A stretch of DNA of 56,832 nucleotides, the filler included, from Streblomastix strix (Eukaryota): assembly GCA_008636045.1 (NCBI GenBank). It is 3 parts of 3 records of this genome, joined end to end, with 100 filler letters (N's around TTAATTAATTAA, not from the genome) between each part and the next. Parts side by side here need not be neighbours in the genome. Positions count along the whole stretch, not along the records: positions 37,957 to 56,832 come from SNRW01000567.1; 2 more parts are not named here. The stretch is one strand, 5' to 3'. Both the position numbers and the translations under genes were made by a program. Below, piece by piece: positions 38,330-52,026 of this stretch (position 1 is its first letter; each line of letters opens with the position of its first letter). Below the pieces are notes generated by a model, which was not told the DNA's origin, did not search any database, and saw nothing but the letters and a program-made list of their open reading frames with translations.

Positions 38330-39430
38330 GAAATATCAAGTTAAGTCCTCTGTCTGTTGCAATATCTCGAAGAATAAGATTTTTATGCGACGCATCAAAT
38401 TAGTTTCTGCATCGTTTTGTTTACTTACTTGTTTTCGTTCAACATTTATTAGACATATGCAAATATTGGTTTAAACATTTGATAAAAAAATGGAAGAAAT
38501 TAAAAAAAATATTAAGATTACAAAACTGAAATCAAACTTAAACAAAGAAGGTTCAATTCTTTGAATGCATTAGAGAGATTGGAATTTTGAAAGAAATATA
38601 TCAAAAAGGAATATTTTCAAACATCAGATCTTGCGCTATATCTTCATTATAGACAAAGGTTTAGAAGAAAATTCCTGTTAGAATCAGGAGCTATAACATC
38701 TCACAATTACAGTGTAGCTGTTGAATATGTGAATAAAAGAAGCGAATTACATTAAATAGATAGGACTTCAATAATTGGAAGTGATGGTAAGAAATAACTT
38801 GACTAGTAGGTGAGTTAAAAATTCTTTTCGAAAAAAGTACATCAATTGTTGAAATTGAATAAGTGGCAAAAGAGATTTTTGGTTAGGAAAAGGAATCAAA
38901 CACACCTATTCGTTTGTCTGATGGATGGGGAGTCCATTATGTAGAGAGATCTCCAGGAATACATATGATTAAGAAGCATATAGTAGATTCCAAATTTGCA
39001 AAATCACTTACTTAAATTAATTTAAATCCATTTTATGACATATATTTTGAATTTACTATAGGAAATACTAAATATAAAGCAAAAAACATAGTAAATCTAG
39101 ATGAAACAAATAATAAAAGGTTGAAATGAAAAGATATGGCAGTCACAGATATTCATACAGATCAAGTGTTCGGAGAAGATTCATCTGATTGAGGTCCAAC
39201 TGCAACAGCTACTATTCCATTAACAGCATCAGCGTCTGTATTAACCGTTCAGGTAATTTGGAGAGGCTCATCAGTTCCTGAGGAATTTGATGATTTATTG
39301 TCAAATTAATATCTTGTTCTATGTTGCAAAAAAGGTTGGCAAACTACATTTACAATGATAGAATATATGAATCTAATTATAGAAAAAATGATCAAAATAA
39401 GGGGATCTAAGGATATGAATGAAAGGAATT
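38330..39430 (+). mobile_element. Decayed pogo/Tigger-like (DDE_1) transposase
   Basis: RLSDGWG (CENP-B HTH end), NIVNLDET, TATIPLTAS..QVIWRG, KKGWQT. Multiple TGAs; the later catalytic aspartates are not found. An acidic tail continues to ~40136. Confidence 0.72.
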
Positions 39431-41670
39431 TTTAATATTCAATAATTATTAGCTTTTGCAATATAATTTATTCAAAATATCAATAATAATCTTTCATCTT
39501 GGAACAAAAATAGATTTGTTTATGAACATAAAGATGATGACAAATTCAATTCATTCACACTCAAATTCAAAGGCATAAAAAACTTTCTATACTTCTTCAG
39601 AGAGTCAAAAAACAAATCAGTGATTGCATCACCATTAATCAGCTCACCTCATGAATAATACGTTAAAGTATGCATTTCCAACAGAGAAAAAGTACTGCTT
39701 AAAGAAAGAAAGATGTAAAAATAGCAAGAACTACATCCAAAGAAATAAAAACTCTCTCCTCAAAAAATAAATGTCACACTTAAAAGGGCTGGAAAAACAA
39801 TTCAAAGCATGATGCAAAAGGATGATATTGACAGCAATGACTCAAATGATGATGATGATCTAAAAAAGCATAAAAATGAAAAGAAAACGATAAAAAAATT
39901 AATAAGATATTGACGAATCTTAAACTGACAATTCTGAGAAAGAAAGTGATAGTGAATAAGACATTAGTGAAACTACTGAATCGGATCAAGATTTAAAAGA
40001 TTAAGATTATGATGATTCCGATGATGTCGATTATGAACTTAACTATGATTAATTTAAAGATTTAGAAATAGATTTAAGTGAAACAAGAGTATCAAGCACT
40101 GGAAGAGTTGTTAAACGTAGAAAAATGGATGATTGAAATTCTTTTTTGACATATAGTATAACCATCAGCTAAATAATTTAATTCAATCATTTACATTCAA
40201 ATTTTGTTCATATTTTCTCTCAAATTAATAAAAATAAATAATAAATACTGAAAAATGTGCTATAGTTAAAAAGATGAAAAAATCAAATTTGGAGCTAGAA
40301 ACTGTCCGCTACGTTTTCTTTGCTATTTGAAGGTATTTTTGATTGATACTCTAATTTCAGAGTCTAAACACATCATAATTATTATTTTCCAAATATACAA
40401 CAATATTGCAATCAAACAATCTCGTGGCAACAATTTTTGCTCAATTTCCAATTTTCTAAGTGATCAGATCACAAGATCAAATTTTATTGTTGTTTATTTC
40501 ACATTTAACATTTATTTATCAAATAATGATGGGAAAGAATTGAAGCTGCTGTTCAATTATAGAGCAATTTGAAAGTAAATGAAAGATTTTTTAATAATTC
40601 TTGATTTTTTTCATTTTTAATGATATTTTCAATTGCTTTACATATTTAAATTATTTACTTTTCTATTATTTAATCAAATATCAAATTTGATCGCATTTTG
40701 AATTGTACATCTTGCTGCACACAGCAAAAAATTTTCATGCTCGAAAATTTGCCGATAACATCTAACGCAGTAAGCAATTTTTTGTTTTTAAGTTAAATAT
40801 TTATGTATTTTACTAATTTTTATTCTTTTTATTTTTAAAATAACAAAATAGAGAATAAATATGAATGTAGGCAAATAATAATAGTATTTCGCCGATTTCT
40901 CAAGGTTTATAGATATTCATGATTTTATTTATATTTAAACCTTATATTAATAGTTTAATTTATTAAATTTCACAAAAATTAATTCAACATTTTTATTCAT
41001 TTGCTCATATTTCTTTATTTAATTTTTAATCATTTAAATACAGATCTTCTGAGGCTTTATGCAATATTTCAAATAGGCCAAAAGTATATCATATACTTTC
41101 TGATTTATTTGAATTGTGCTTAACCTTCGAAATATTAGTATTTAAGTTCTCTATATAATTTTTTTTCACAGTTTTTTAATCTTTACTCCACAACAAAGAA
41201 TTATTAAACATTATAATACAAATTTTTAATACAAAGTCGAGTTAACCTCATCATAATATTTTATTTTTAACTTTAATTTTTGCCCAGATCAGTATTTTGA
41301 ATTTTTTTCAAAATGTCAAATTGAACGAATGTGCTGTTGGGTTAGAAAAATTGACATTATAGCTGAAAAATTTTTCAAATTTGGAATTCTTAATATGATG
41401 CAAATAAATTTTAGTTAGTATCATATTAATAAGCATATAATATTAATTTAAACAATATATATAGGTACCAGTGAATTGGGTAAAGCGAATGTTGAAGAAC
41501 AAATCCAAGTTTTTGGAATTGGAGCATTCGGCAGCTAACATATCGGAATAAAAGTTGATTAAACCATAAATGTAAAATGGTAGTTTTCACATAAATTACT
41601 TGTCTAAGGTAATAAAAACAAACTGTACGTGGAGCTAGGCCTAGGGTTACATCGATGACACGATTTACTG

Positions 41671-41711
41671 GGGTGATATGGGTGACTGGTGACACGTCAC
41701 CCATATCACCC
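41671..41711. repeat. Perfect 16-bp-stem GC-rich hairpin
   Basis: gggtgatatgggtgac-tggtgacac-gtcacccatatcaccc. Confidence 0.9.
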
Positions 41712-42599
41712 GTCACTCTGAAGAAAAGTGTAATAATTATTATCAATAATATATTATATATATTTACTTTATTTATTTAACTATCTACATATTATTCCTA
41801 TACTTAACAATCCATTTATTTCGATCTTTGTTTTCTTCATTTATTAATTTTTTATCTTTTAATTATGCAAATAATTATCATAATAATAGAATTATATTTT
41901 TAAGCATATATATTGTATTCAATTATTTAATAATTAATTATTTTCTTTAGATTATTTGCATCTGAATTACAAGAATAAAGATAATCATCAATCAACATCT
42001 CTTTACATTCATTTTCTTCTTCATTTAATAAATGAATAATAATCACAAAATTTTAATTATTAAACAATATAATAATTATAATATAAAATAATTAAACGTT
42101 TATTGCGAGATCAAAGATAAACAATGAATCAATTCAATTAGAAATTGCATATTAACTGATAATTCTTAAATTGGTTCAACACTATAATCATAAACGAATA
42201 ATTCATTAATAATGAAATAAATAAATAAATAAATTAGTATATATAGATGAATATGCAAAGAAAAATTGAATAAAAATTGTGAATAAACACAAATAACAAA
42301 GAGTAAGAAAAATGAAATATAATTATATAATATATTCAATTCATTCAAAATGCGACATTCAATTCAATTGATTGAATTTATTAAATCTTCCATTGAATAA
42401 AGAAATCAAATAGAAATAAATATGAGAGAATGATAAAAAAATTGAATTGTTTCTCATAAATGGCAGTATTTCAAAGAAAAAAACATCATCTTTCTTTTTA
42501 TTTTTATCCATATTTATTCATTTCATATGAAATTTACTACAATTTATCTATTTTTTGTGCTATTTTTCTATCTGTGGTTTATATTAATAAATAAATGAA

Positions 42600-43500
42600 T
42601 ACCTATATTAAATATTGTGAATTAAAATGTAAGAAATGGAGTTTGTATAAAATATTGCGGTTTCAATTACTTTCAGTATCAATATGTCTATAGAGCACAT
42701 CAAATATTGTTATTAGGAAGAATAATTGAGGAAGAAAATAAAACAAATGAAAATATTTTTGAATTAATATATCACAAATATTTGTATTAAACTATGAAAT
42801 AAAAGATTAAATTATTAAAACTTTAATTATAAGCACTTCATGAAGAAAATAATCAATAAGAATTTGCAATGTCTATCTCTGTTGAAAATAAATAAATAAA
42901 TAAATAAAGATATTAAAATTATTATTCATTTAAATATAATTATAATTAAAATACTTTTCAATGTTTAATCTTATTTTCAAAAATTATCAATTCTAATTAT
43001 TTCCTTTCAAAATAATTGGATCAATTCCAATTTTATAGCACCAATATTTATTATAAATGTAAATAAATCCAATTCTTCCAATCGTCTTATAACTTATTCT
43101 ATTTTAATTATTATTGATGTTATTACATCTGTTCATAAATAATAAAATAGTAATAAATTAAATAAATGAATTAATGAAAAGAGATTATTGGATTAAATAT
43201 AATAAATATATTCAATTAAAATTTATATTTATATTAATACCAATCTTTATAAAAGAACCAAGTAAAAGAAGATCGGATGTAAATAAATTCATTCATTTTG
43301 ATAAATATTAATGTTGTGCAATAGCAATTGATCCTGTTATTAAAGAAGGAATTGTTAGAATTGAAATAGTATTTGAGAATAAGGTGGATTTCTCTTAGGA
43401 AGCTAAAAGAAAGAAATAAATAAATAATAAAGAAAAATATTATAATTTTTCATACATCGGCATTGCTGATTCATATTGTTCATTCATTGCTATGAAACTT
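42600..43500 (+). pseudogene. Degenerate SPRY/B30.2-like host gene
   Basis: AIAIDPVIKEGIVRIEIVFEN and IGIADSYCSF segments; eroded splice sites. Confidence 0.45.
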
Positions 43501-44244
43501 AGGTATTTAAATCTAAAGTATCCCATTTTCAAGAAGTTCTAAAAAATAATAAAAGTTTCAGAAAAAAAAATAGTAAATTAATGACAAATGTTTATTAAAT
43601 TGTATTAAAAGTAAAAATATATTATAAAACTCGCATACATATTATAATTCAAGTAATATTTGTTACCGATAAAGAATCAGGCGAGGAGGATTCATGGATT
43701 TTAGGAAAACTTGTTTAATCTGCTTAATAAAATAAGATAATATGATAAAAAAATAGTTTAAAGAAAATAAAATATATTTAAAGTTGAATATACTTTGATT
43801 CTGAATTATAATTATAGCACATTGAAGAATGTGAGGCAAGTTTCTGGAATTTTTTAAATATGTTAATTAATCTGCATTAAATAGAATAAAATAATTAGAA
43901 ATTCTTAAATAAATAATAATGAGTATACATATAAGTTATTCATGTACTATAAATGACTGTAAATCAATAATATGGAGCAATAAAGGCGATTTTATTTTGA
44001 ATTGGAGTTTTAGCTCAATTATATGAGTATATGTGAGATGTAGAATCATAACGAATGAACATTGATGTTTGATATGTACATTTTCTAAGAATAAGATAAA
44101 TTAAGCACTTTCTTCTAAGATTTTTTGAAATATACTTAATTCACTATCCAATATACATTTATTCTTTTATTCAATTGCTTAATTCTGCAATAAATTTACA
44201 TTATGCTGTGAAAAAATGTTAATTTGCAGATAAGACATACGTTA

Positions 44245-45165
44245 CTATCCAAAAAAGATAATCCAAAAATCTCTTCATTTTATTGGAGAAAACTTGATAT
44301 ATACTGGAGGATATATCAGCCAGACATATTCGCCAATGTCAGAATCTCCAGTATCTGTCTATGCTTCTACACAAATCACATCAGTTCCATTTGCAAGTTG
44401 TTTCCCATCAAGTTGTTCAGCAAGAATAGTAATTAGCTTGCTCTTTTATATTTTCATTTTTTCTTCTGATTAGAAATATCCATATAATAATCCTGCTTTA
44501 TAGTTCAGCAGATCAATCTTCCATTACTTCTCAACTTTCAATCTATTAATCAATTCACCAAGTGTAGGTACATCTCTGAATTAAAGATGAATTCGATGCC
44601 AGATTGTACAGATTGTAAATGATGATCCTTTCTCAATTGGTTTAGCTGATGATGGATTAGATATTGAATATATATTGACAGCTAAGTTTATGAATCAATT
44701 CTGATATGATTCGATATGTTTGAAGATGTGAGATGTTGAAGTGATCTTGAATATATTCATTGATTGAAGAGCTGATATAACTGCAGTTGTTGTTAAAGCA
44801 GGAATTATTCTTCCACTTATTTATTTGATTCTATTCCTGTCAGCTGGTGGAATACCATAGTTAATTGCACGTAGATTTGATCCAGCAGTTATGAAGTCAA
44901 TGTGATGATTTGTATCATAATCCTTTTCAAATTCTTCTCCATTTACTTTGATTCCAGATTTAATCAAATCATCGATTGAAGGAAGTTTTGATACAATTTC
45001 ATTATATTTCATTTCTTCTTATTCTTTATCATCCAACTGATCCAATTTCTGTTCGACTTCTGTTGTAGCATCTGAATCAATATCAATCTTGACTCCTCTT
45101 TGTGGAATAAATGTATGAATATGAATGGATGATGCAATATCTGCAATTTCTATCCAATTCAATTC
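44245..45165 (-). pseudogene. UBA1: Ubiquitin-activating enzyme E1, C-terminal fragment
   Basis: FEKDYDTNHHIDFITAGSNLRAINYGIPPADR..ISGRIIPALTTTA..FINLA. Stop and frameshift present; no N-terminal part. Confidence 0.85.
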
Positions 45166-45870
45166 AATTGTACAGGAACATTAATTGCATAATTCATTGC
45201 TTTCATCAATCCTCGTGTGCGCATAATATAAGGTATTTATTACTTTAATGATATCAAAATTGTGGTTCTTTTAAGATAAACGAATTCCTTTGAACTTTCC
45301 TAATGATAATGTAACGAGAAAAAACAATGATACAAAGAATCTCATGCTGAAAATAAGAGAAAATAAATTAATAAATAAATAAAGTGATTTCTGTATCTCA
45401 AATATAATAATTTCAACTGTTCATTTATATTTTTTACAAGTATTATTTTGTTTGATTAAATATAGTTCTAAAATAATAATAAATTTAATATGATTAATTA
45501 AAAATTCGTATTTATTAATTATAATCTTTAATCTAGTTTTATTTTAGGATGCCTATTCATATTCTGTAAAATTTAAGGTTGAATCTTAATTACACATTAT
45601 AGTACGCAAAATTAAATAGATATCATATATGATAATAAATGAAATTATTACTTTTTGATTTAACTTAAAATTAATTTTTTTGAATAAACTTTGCGATTTA
45701 AAGTTTTAGATGAAATATAAATTAATTCAAATTTAAACTGACAGCCTACAAATATTTAAATTAAAAATAAAGCATAAATTAACAATTAAGGGTGAGCGAT
45801 AACATCAATCGGAGATATCTCTTCGGCACTTTTTTTTGTGATAATTAAAATCATTATATCATACTTACAA

Positions 45871-48374
45871 ATGCAGTCAAATAACAATTCGATTGGGTCT
45901 GAGATAGTGTGTCCATTATTTGTTAAGAAATTCATTACTTATCTTAACTCCTTTTTTCCTCGTTGTGTGATCATTTATATTTTTAAAGCTTTCCTAAATC
46001 GTGTTCTATCGAACATACTCACAAACATTGAGCACTGGAAAGAAGGAGACATATGATGAAACAGTAGATCGCGTTGAAACGATGCATATTCGAAAGTTCC
46101 CTTCGCTAGCATGGGACATCCACTAAGTCATGAACATGGTTCGAAGTAAAAAGATTGTTCCATCCATGAGATCGATGTAATATTCTGGAATGGCAATCGA
46201 TCGATCAAACACAAGGTGAGAAATATAATAATCTAAAAATATATTTATTATTTTTTTTTCTTTTTTTATCTTCTTCAACTTATTTCTTTATGTATTAAAA
46301 ATCAAGAATGTACAATTGCGCATTTACTAATGTAGAGAAAATAAAAGACTTTGCTGATGTGCTATTCCTGCTATGCAATGGTTGTGGATGTGGATTTAGT
46401 GTATAAAAGCGACATATTGAGAAACTACCAATAATCAATGGTGGGCATGCAGAAGTTATGGAAATACCAGACACGAAAGAAGGATGGGCAGATAGTGTAG
46501 TTAGACTTATTGAAAACCCAGATATTGTATTTGAATATGGAAATATTCGACCATTAGGAGCATCATTATCAACAGGAGGAACAGCAAGTGGACCAGAAAC
46601 ACTTAAAATGATGCATGAATAACTACGTAGTACACTTAAGAAAGCTATAGGACGTAAATTACGATCAATTGAAGTGCATGATATGATGTGTTAAATAGGA
46701 GATTTGATAGTTAGTGGAGGATGTAGAAGAAGTGCAATGATTTCACTATTTGATTGTGATGATGAAGAAATGATGGAATGCAAAAGTGGATGGGAATGGT
46801 TCTAAACATCACCTTGGAGAGCAAGATCAAACAATTCTGCAGTTCTTGTTCGTTCATCTCCAACATTCAAAAGTGATATGGAAGGAGTAATTCGTAAATG
46901 TTTCAAGAATGGAACTGGAGAACCTGGAATCTTCTTAACAAATGATGCAGATTATGGAACTAATCCATGTGCAGAAATATCATTGAAGAGTAAATAACTA
47001 TGCAATCTAACTGAAGTTAATATGGTAGCATGTAATACAGGTGATGAATTCATATAAGCAGTTCGTGGAGCTACAGCACTTGGAACTATTCAAGCATCAT
47101 ATACTGATTTCAAATACATTTAAGATGAATGGAAATAGAATTGTGAATAAGATGCATTATTAGGAGTATCTCTAACTGGAATTGCTTAAAAGTGGGAATT
47201 ACTTCATAATGATGGAGGATTACTATTAGAGAGAGCTGGATAAGTAGCATTAGAAGAGAATATTAAATGGGCGTAGATGCTTGGTATTAATCCAGCTAAA
47301 AGAATTGGATGTGTGAAACCAAGTGGAACCACTTCAGCTCTACTTGGAACTACATCTGGAATTCATGCAGCACATGCTGAACTTTATCTGAGACGTGTAA
47401 GAATGGAGACTAATAGTCCTTTATCACATTATTTTGTATCATTATATGGATAAAGAATATAAGATATGGAATAAGGAGTTTAGATGCCTACATCGGAAGT
47501 AGCATTATAAGCAGATAAATGTGCAATGCATGTTGGTAAAGCTCTGATTGAAAGTGATGTATATTCTAGAAAATCAGCAACATCAACAACTATTGGAGAG
47601 AAAGGAGAATAAATCTAAATTCCGCATACATTAGTAGTAACTATGCCAGTTAAGATGCAAGATTCTATTGTTCGTTCGCATGAATCTGCAGTATAATTAC
47701 TAAATCGTGCATCATTCATACATGAACACTTCATTTAGAAGTCACATCGAGATGGACCAAATTATCATAATGTGTCTCTTACAGTGAATTACAAAGCAAG
47801 AAAAGTATAAATGGTTAAGAAGATTGAATAAGATAAAGAAATTGAATAAGAAGTTGTGATAGAAGAAGGAGAAGAAGAATAAGTATTATAATGGATATTT
47901 GCACACACAGACAAATTCTCAGGTATTGCACTATTCCCAGATATGTCAGGAGGAGTTACATATCCACAAACACCATTTGAAGAAATAGATTAGAATACAT
48001 TTAATGAATGGGAATAAGCATGGATAAGATTAGGAGAAATAGCAAAAGATAAAATTGATTATCTTTCACATTCATCCAATTCAACAACATCATCATTTAC
48101 TTCTCCACCAATCTCAACTCCATACATTACATCTGAATAATAATCACCAGATAAAATAGAAGATTAATAATAAATTGAAACCACTAATGAATAGTCAACA
48201 TAATCTGCACTTGTTTCAGCACTTAATGCAACAGAAGAACATCCGCATATGACATTAGAAGAATGCATGAATATTCTGAAGATTGGAATGGAAAGAGTAG
48301 CTTGGGATCCTCATGCAATAGATAAACGAAAAGAGGTCTTGTCTTGCGCTGGAGGAAACTGTGAAGTCATTTGA
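45871..48374 (+). CDS. nrdJ: Class II (adenosylcobalamin-dependent) ribonucleotide reductase, monomeric type
   Basis: FYRTYS..ETVDR, VPSMRSMQ, MYNCAF, GCGCGFSV, GGCRRSAMI, EPG, GTNPCAEI, LCNLTEVN, CVKPSGTTS, terminal CAGGNCEVI*. Introns ~45907-45988 and ~46216-46306. Confidence 0.92.
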
Positions 48375-48580
48375 CATCTTGTTAATTGTTATTCAAGTCA
48401 ATAATGAATACAATTTATATGTATAGATTTAGTATTATTATAATGTATTTATTTAAATACAGTTTTATTATGTTTACTTTTAAAACATAATACTTTTTCA
48501 ATATAGTTATCATTTCATTATAAATCAATAAAAATTAATACAACTGTTTAAATCTGCATGGATAAAAATAAAAACATCTT

Positions 48581-51176
48581 TCATCTCCTGAGCTTCTAAA
48601 GTGAAGTTCGAATGAGTAGTCCTCCATTCATAACTACAAGCACTAGAAAACGAAGCTCATTGCCAAGCAGTAGAAAGAAGCATTCAGGTAACTTGCTTGA
48701 TCCAAACTTCGTGTAGAATCCAATAAGTGCCACAGGAAAGAGTAGCATCGCTCCAATAACCTCAGACATGCAATAAAAAAAGAATGATTGATTGCTTATT
48801 GTTGACGCTTTGCATGCTCCGTTAATTGACTGCAAAAAGATTTCAAGGATAGCCAATGGATACAATGGTTGGACAAGCTTGTAGATCTAAGCAATAATAA
48901 CAAAATAAAAATAAAATAAAAATTATTGTTTTATCAATTTACTTTTATTTATTTATTCATTCTTTCGTTCAAACTGCATCATAATCTTCTTTTGTTACAA
49001 AGCGACTAACGAACTTTCCGAATCCTGCAATCAATGTGATTATTGTGAAGATAAGTGCAACTAATAAACACTGAAATGATATTTAGATTTAATTAAATTA
49101 ATGAAAATAATAAAAGAACAATGAAATAAATATTAAGAATTTATAATAATATTAATTATGTTTAATTTAATAATCACATACCATGGCAATAACAAATATA
49201 TACATCTGAACTGCATTTTTATTCTTCTTTTTCTTCATTAAATATTCTTCATCATTAATATAATCACTAATTATATTTTCTTCTTCTTCATTTTCAAAAT
49301 AATTATTTTATGCATTTTCAGTGTTTATACTCAATTTTCTTCTTTAATCCTTCTTTTTATTATCTTTTTCAGCTTCATCTGGTTTGATTCCTAATGAACC
49401 AGATGTTATTGCAATACAAATAGTTCCTACAATTCCTGCAATCATTGATGGAATTGATGTTATATCTGAAACAACACTTAATGCAATTTGCTGTGATTAT
49501 CCAAGTGTTGCAGATGGAGAAGGTGCTCTCAATGCAAGAGAATTGACCATCATTCTTTCAATACTACCAATCACACTTGAGGCAAATAGGAATATAATCG
49601 CTACTCCTACTTCTTTGAATAATTAAAATATCATTCGTTTCATTGGTAAATTATTGTCATTATTATTTGAATTCTGATTATTATTTTATCCATTAAAGTT
49701 ATTATAGTTAATATTATCAGTTGTATTACTTATTAGAAGTGGTTCATGCAGACCAAATTAAGAAGAATCAGATCTTAATCTTGCTGATTATAGTTAAGTT
49801 TATTATTATGAAGATTATGAAATATTATTAGATTCAGATTATAATTATTCTTATTCACTATTAATATTCAATATTTTATTATCTTTTTCTTATTTGGACA
49901 TTTTCCGAAAGTGGGAAATCAAGATCAATATCATCATAATACCTGATTAAATATTATTAATAAAGGAAATATAAATCATTAAATAAATAAAAATATAAAT
50001 ATAAATAAATTTTATTATTAGAAATTATAAAGAATTAAAATTATGATTGAATATACCAACAGATATTACAGGGACAGCAGTTGTCAATGCTACTCCTGTA
50101 ATTCCCATATTCTTCCAAACTACAAATATCTACAAATAATAATTAGAAACAATAATATTTAAATAAATTAAATAAAATTAATATATTTTCATATTAATAT
50201 ATTTTCATATTTATATATTATTATATTTATACTTCCATTGATCCAAGTTAGATTGCAGAATATGCCAATTATAAGATAAACATTGTACCAAACCACCAGA
50301 AAGCAGAAAATGCACTATTTATTGTTGCATATAGAACAGATATTGGACATAAACCTAAATATTATATTTAGTAAATAAAAAAATATTAATATTAATATTA
50401 ATATTAATATTAATATTAATATTAATATAATAAATGAAAATTATTATCATACAAAATTCAATAATATAATAGTATTTGGATTCAACAATTCGACTTTCAT
50501 CCATTCCAAACAATCGAAGAACAGGTACACGAATAGGAATGAAGATAATTCTAATAAAAATAAATATAAGAATAAACAATATAAATTTAAATTTGATTTA
50601 TTTAATAATTAATAATAAATTGATTCATACGAAAGAAGAAAACCAAATAAAATAGCAAAAGCACATTCAAATAATAATACTTTTCGAGCTTTTTGAATTC
50701 CACCTAATATCATCAAATGAAAAATAAGAATAAAGAATAAATAAGAATAAAGAATAAATAAGAATAAAATTATGAATACTTCCTCCAAGTGCATGTCCAA
50801 CAGTTGTTGTTGAAAAAGTTGTGATAAACGAATCAAAAAACATTATCAGCATATCAATAGTAACTGTGAAAGATATTATTATATAAATAATACATAAATA
50901 TAATTATATTGATGTAAATATTTATGATCATACATTTCATTCCAAAGTACGATGATTCACGACGTCCCATGTACGAATCAAGATAAATTCCAACAATCAT
51001 ATTAACTACAATTAACTGCAAATAAAATATAAATTAAATAAATAAGAATAAATTTTAATTTTAAAAAGGAAATATTATACCAGTGCATATTCAAATGAAG
51101 CAACTGCCATCTCCAGACGTCCATTCCTATTCTCCAAATTGATAACTTTCCAAACTTTCTTCGAACATTTTTGCAT
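48581..51176 (-). CDS. Multi-pass membrane transporter, MATE-like (multi-exon)
   Basis: Many hydrophobic exons; TTVGHALGGGIQKARK and NMGITGVALTT are MATE-like; Q/N-rich central loop; GT-AG introns. Confidence 0.65.
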
Positions 51177-52026
51177 TACTAAATATTATTTTGGATAATT
51201 TATATAATAAAGATATATAAACAGATACATAATCTTGATATTGGTGCGAAATTAAATTAATAATGTCTAAACTAACTCAAATAAGAGAGTTCTCTCGATT
51301 TTTACTTTGTTTTCTTGGATACAATTTTATAGGTTAATATTGGAATTAATAAATTTAAAACCTTATTATTTTGGTTTATAATAAAATAATATATATAAAT
51401 ATATTACTTTAATGAATAAATCTATGTTAATAGAAAAGATACGACCAGTTTTTAATAAGGTATTCAAACTTGGTAGTTTTCTGGTAAAATACTAAATTAT
51501 ATATGTAAATTTGTTTAAAGTAACATACAATTGAATAATTGAAGGTAGAACAACTGAGTAAAAATGTTTATGGCAAGAACAGCTCCGAACTTTCCAAATT
51601 ATAATTTGCAAATAATCAAAAGATTTTACTAATTTATTTATAGAAAGTTTATGTAATAAAAGAGAGTAACAAGAATTGTTGATTGATATTGAAATATCAA
51701 TGTGTTTGCATAGAGATAAATTTGATTATAATTCAAAAAAATAAATAAAAGAGTTTAATCACATCTATTTTATTCTTTATTCAAATATGGTTGTCTTAAA
51801 ATTTGAAGATGAACTGATATAAAAACAATAAAATAACTATATTAAATATAAATACATATTAATTTTGAATATAGCCAAAAATAAGGGAAAATGTTTGAAT
51901 CTTGTTAATTGAATAAAAAAACAGGTGACATTTATTAAAAAATTAAATGTTAACTTTGTAGTGACAAATAGATTATATATATTAAATGGAAGATATTAAA
52001 AAATATAAATGGATACAAACAAATAA

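Noticed and set aside
50384..50427. (ATTAAT)n tract; also (TA)n at ~6467 and ~7690
   Set aside because: Simple microsatellites in an intron or in decayed genes.
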